A stretch of DNA of 64,000 nucleotides from Bacteroidales bacterium (GTDB taxonomy: Bacteria; Bacteroidota; Bacteroidia; Bacteroidales; UBA932): assembly GCA_045601245.1 (NCBI GenBank), contig JAZRZH010000052.1, forward strand, positions 48,975 to 112,974, in the 5' to 3' direction. Positions 63,547-64,000 of this stretch are shown one piece after another. Both the position numbers and the translations under genes were made by a program. Each line of letters begins with the position of its first letter. The stretch's first letter is position 1. Under the pieces are notes generated by a model, which made no database searches, had not been told where the DNA came from, and saw only the letters and a program-made list of their open reading frames with translations.

Positions 63547-64000
63547 ATGGAAAAGAAACTAAGCCATAGTCTTGCGTGGGCCGCGGCGATATGCACCGTA
63601 GCCATCTGGAGCGAGACCTTCATCTCCAGCAAAATCCTTCTGGCCAACGGGATGACGCCGGCTGAGATATTTATGTGCAGATTCCTGCTGGCATACTTGC
63701 TGATATGGTTCATAGCCCCGAAGCGGCTCTTCTCCGGCTCGATAAAGGACGAACTGAACTTCGCACTGCTGGGATTTGCGGGCGGTTCACTGTATTTCTT
63801 CTGTGAAAACACGGCACTGACATACTCCACCGCCGCGAATGTCGCCATCCTGGTCTGCTGTTCGCCTCTGCTGACCGCCCTGCTGATGGCAATATTCTAC
63901 AAAGAGGAACGGATGAATCTCAGACAGGTGGCGGGCTCCGTCATCGCATTCGTCGGAATGGCGCTCGTGGTCCTAAACGGCGAATTCATACTGCACCTCA
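63547..64000 (+). CDS. DMT-superfamily (EamA-like) transporter; 3' end lies outside the window
   Basis: Hand-translated: MEKKLSHSLAWAAAICTVAIWSETFISSKILLANGMTPAEIFMCRFLLAYLLIW...YFFCENTALTYSTAANVAIL. This is a typical EamA repeat and it runs off the right edge. Confidence 0.75.
   Translation, partial: MEKKLSHSLAWAAAICTVAIWSETFISSKILLANGMTPAEIFMCRFLLAYLLIWFIAPKRLFSGSIKDELNFALLGFAGGSLYFFCENTALTYSTAANVAILVCCSPLLTALLMAIFYKEERMNLRQVAGSVIAFVGMALVVLNGEFILHL

Noticed and set aside
1-64000. A scan of intergenic regions and ORF translations for tRNA/rRNA/tmRNA, riboswitch-like leaders, CRISPR arrays, transposases, integrases, phage structural genes, toxin-antitoxin pairs or known defence-system domains.
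   Set aside because: None was recognisable by eye. Intergenic regions are short, apart from the pseudogene region, and are explained by promoters and terminators. A covariance-model search (tRNAscan-SE, Infernal/Rfam) would be needed to exclude small RNAs formally.

Overview
This 64-kb chromosomal segment looks like a Bacteroidota (Bacteroidales-like) genome. TAnnTTTG -7 promoter boxes sit 19-45 nt upstream of many start codons, lipoprotein signal peptides are common, and the arginine operon is headed by a GNAT gene. Left to right on the map: a partial potA; a nucleoside-kinase-like gene; an EF-hand membrane protein; HAD, VanZ and a 1024-aa secreted protein; nhaC; and an eight-gene arginine biosynthesis operon (transcribed on the minus strand as GNAT-argG-argC-argD-argF'-argB-argE-like-argH). 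Next come an M64 metallopeptidase, a ureohydrolase and a His-rich protein; a BamA-like / DUF697-like block; trmH-like, pfkA, two outer-membrane proteins, djlA-like and trmD. A roughly 23-kb, visibly more AT-rich Wzx/Wzy-type glycan locus follows (30.7-53.9 kb). It contains DUF4954, galE, a PF14907-like nucleotidyltransferase, two GT4 genes, a radical SAM/SPASM enzyme, wzy, an acyltransferase, wzx, licD, a WecA-metallophosphoesterase fusion, rfbB, a five-gene amino-acid cassette and a capD-like gene. After it come a Cys-rich lipoprotein with a CPYC thioredoxin-fold protein, ffh, an MBL hydrolase, a PNP and an MtaD-like deaminase, a decayed lipoprotein pseudogene, a serine hydrolase, a DUF1460-like protein, AlaX-like, a lipoprotein-type nitroreductase and a partial EamA transporter. 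I saw no rRNA, tRNA, CRISPR array, transposase/integrase, or recognisable phage or defence genes. The most unusual content is inside the glycan locus: the amino-acid cassette lying between two sugar 4,6-dehydratases, a lic-like module without a kinase, the WecA-phosphoesterase fusion with an internal lipobox, and a SPASM radical SAM enzyme near an unannotated 45-aa Cys-Cys small ORF. All family names come from reading motifs in the supplied translations and my own translation of gaps. No database search was possible, so product names are hypotheses with the stated confidence.
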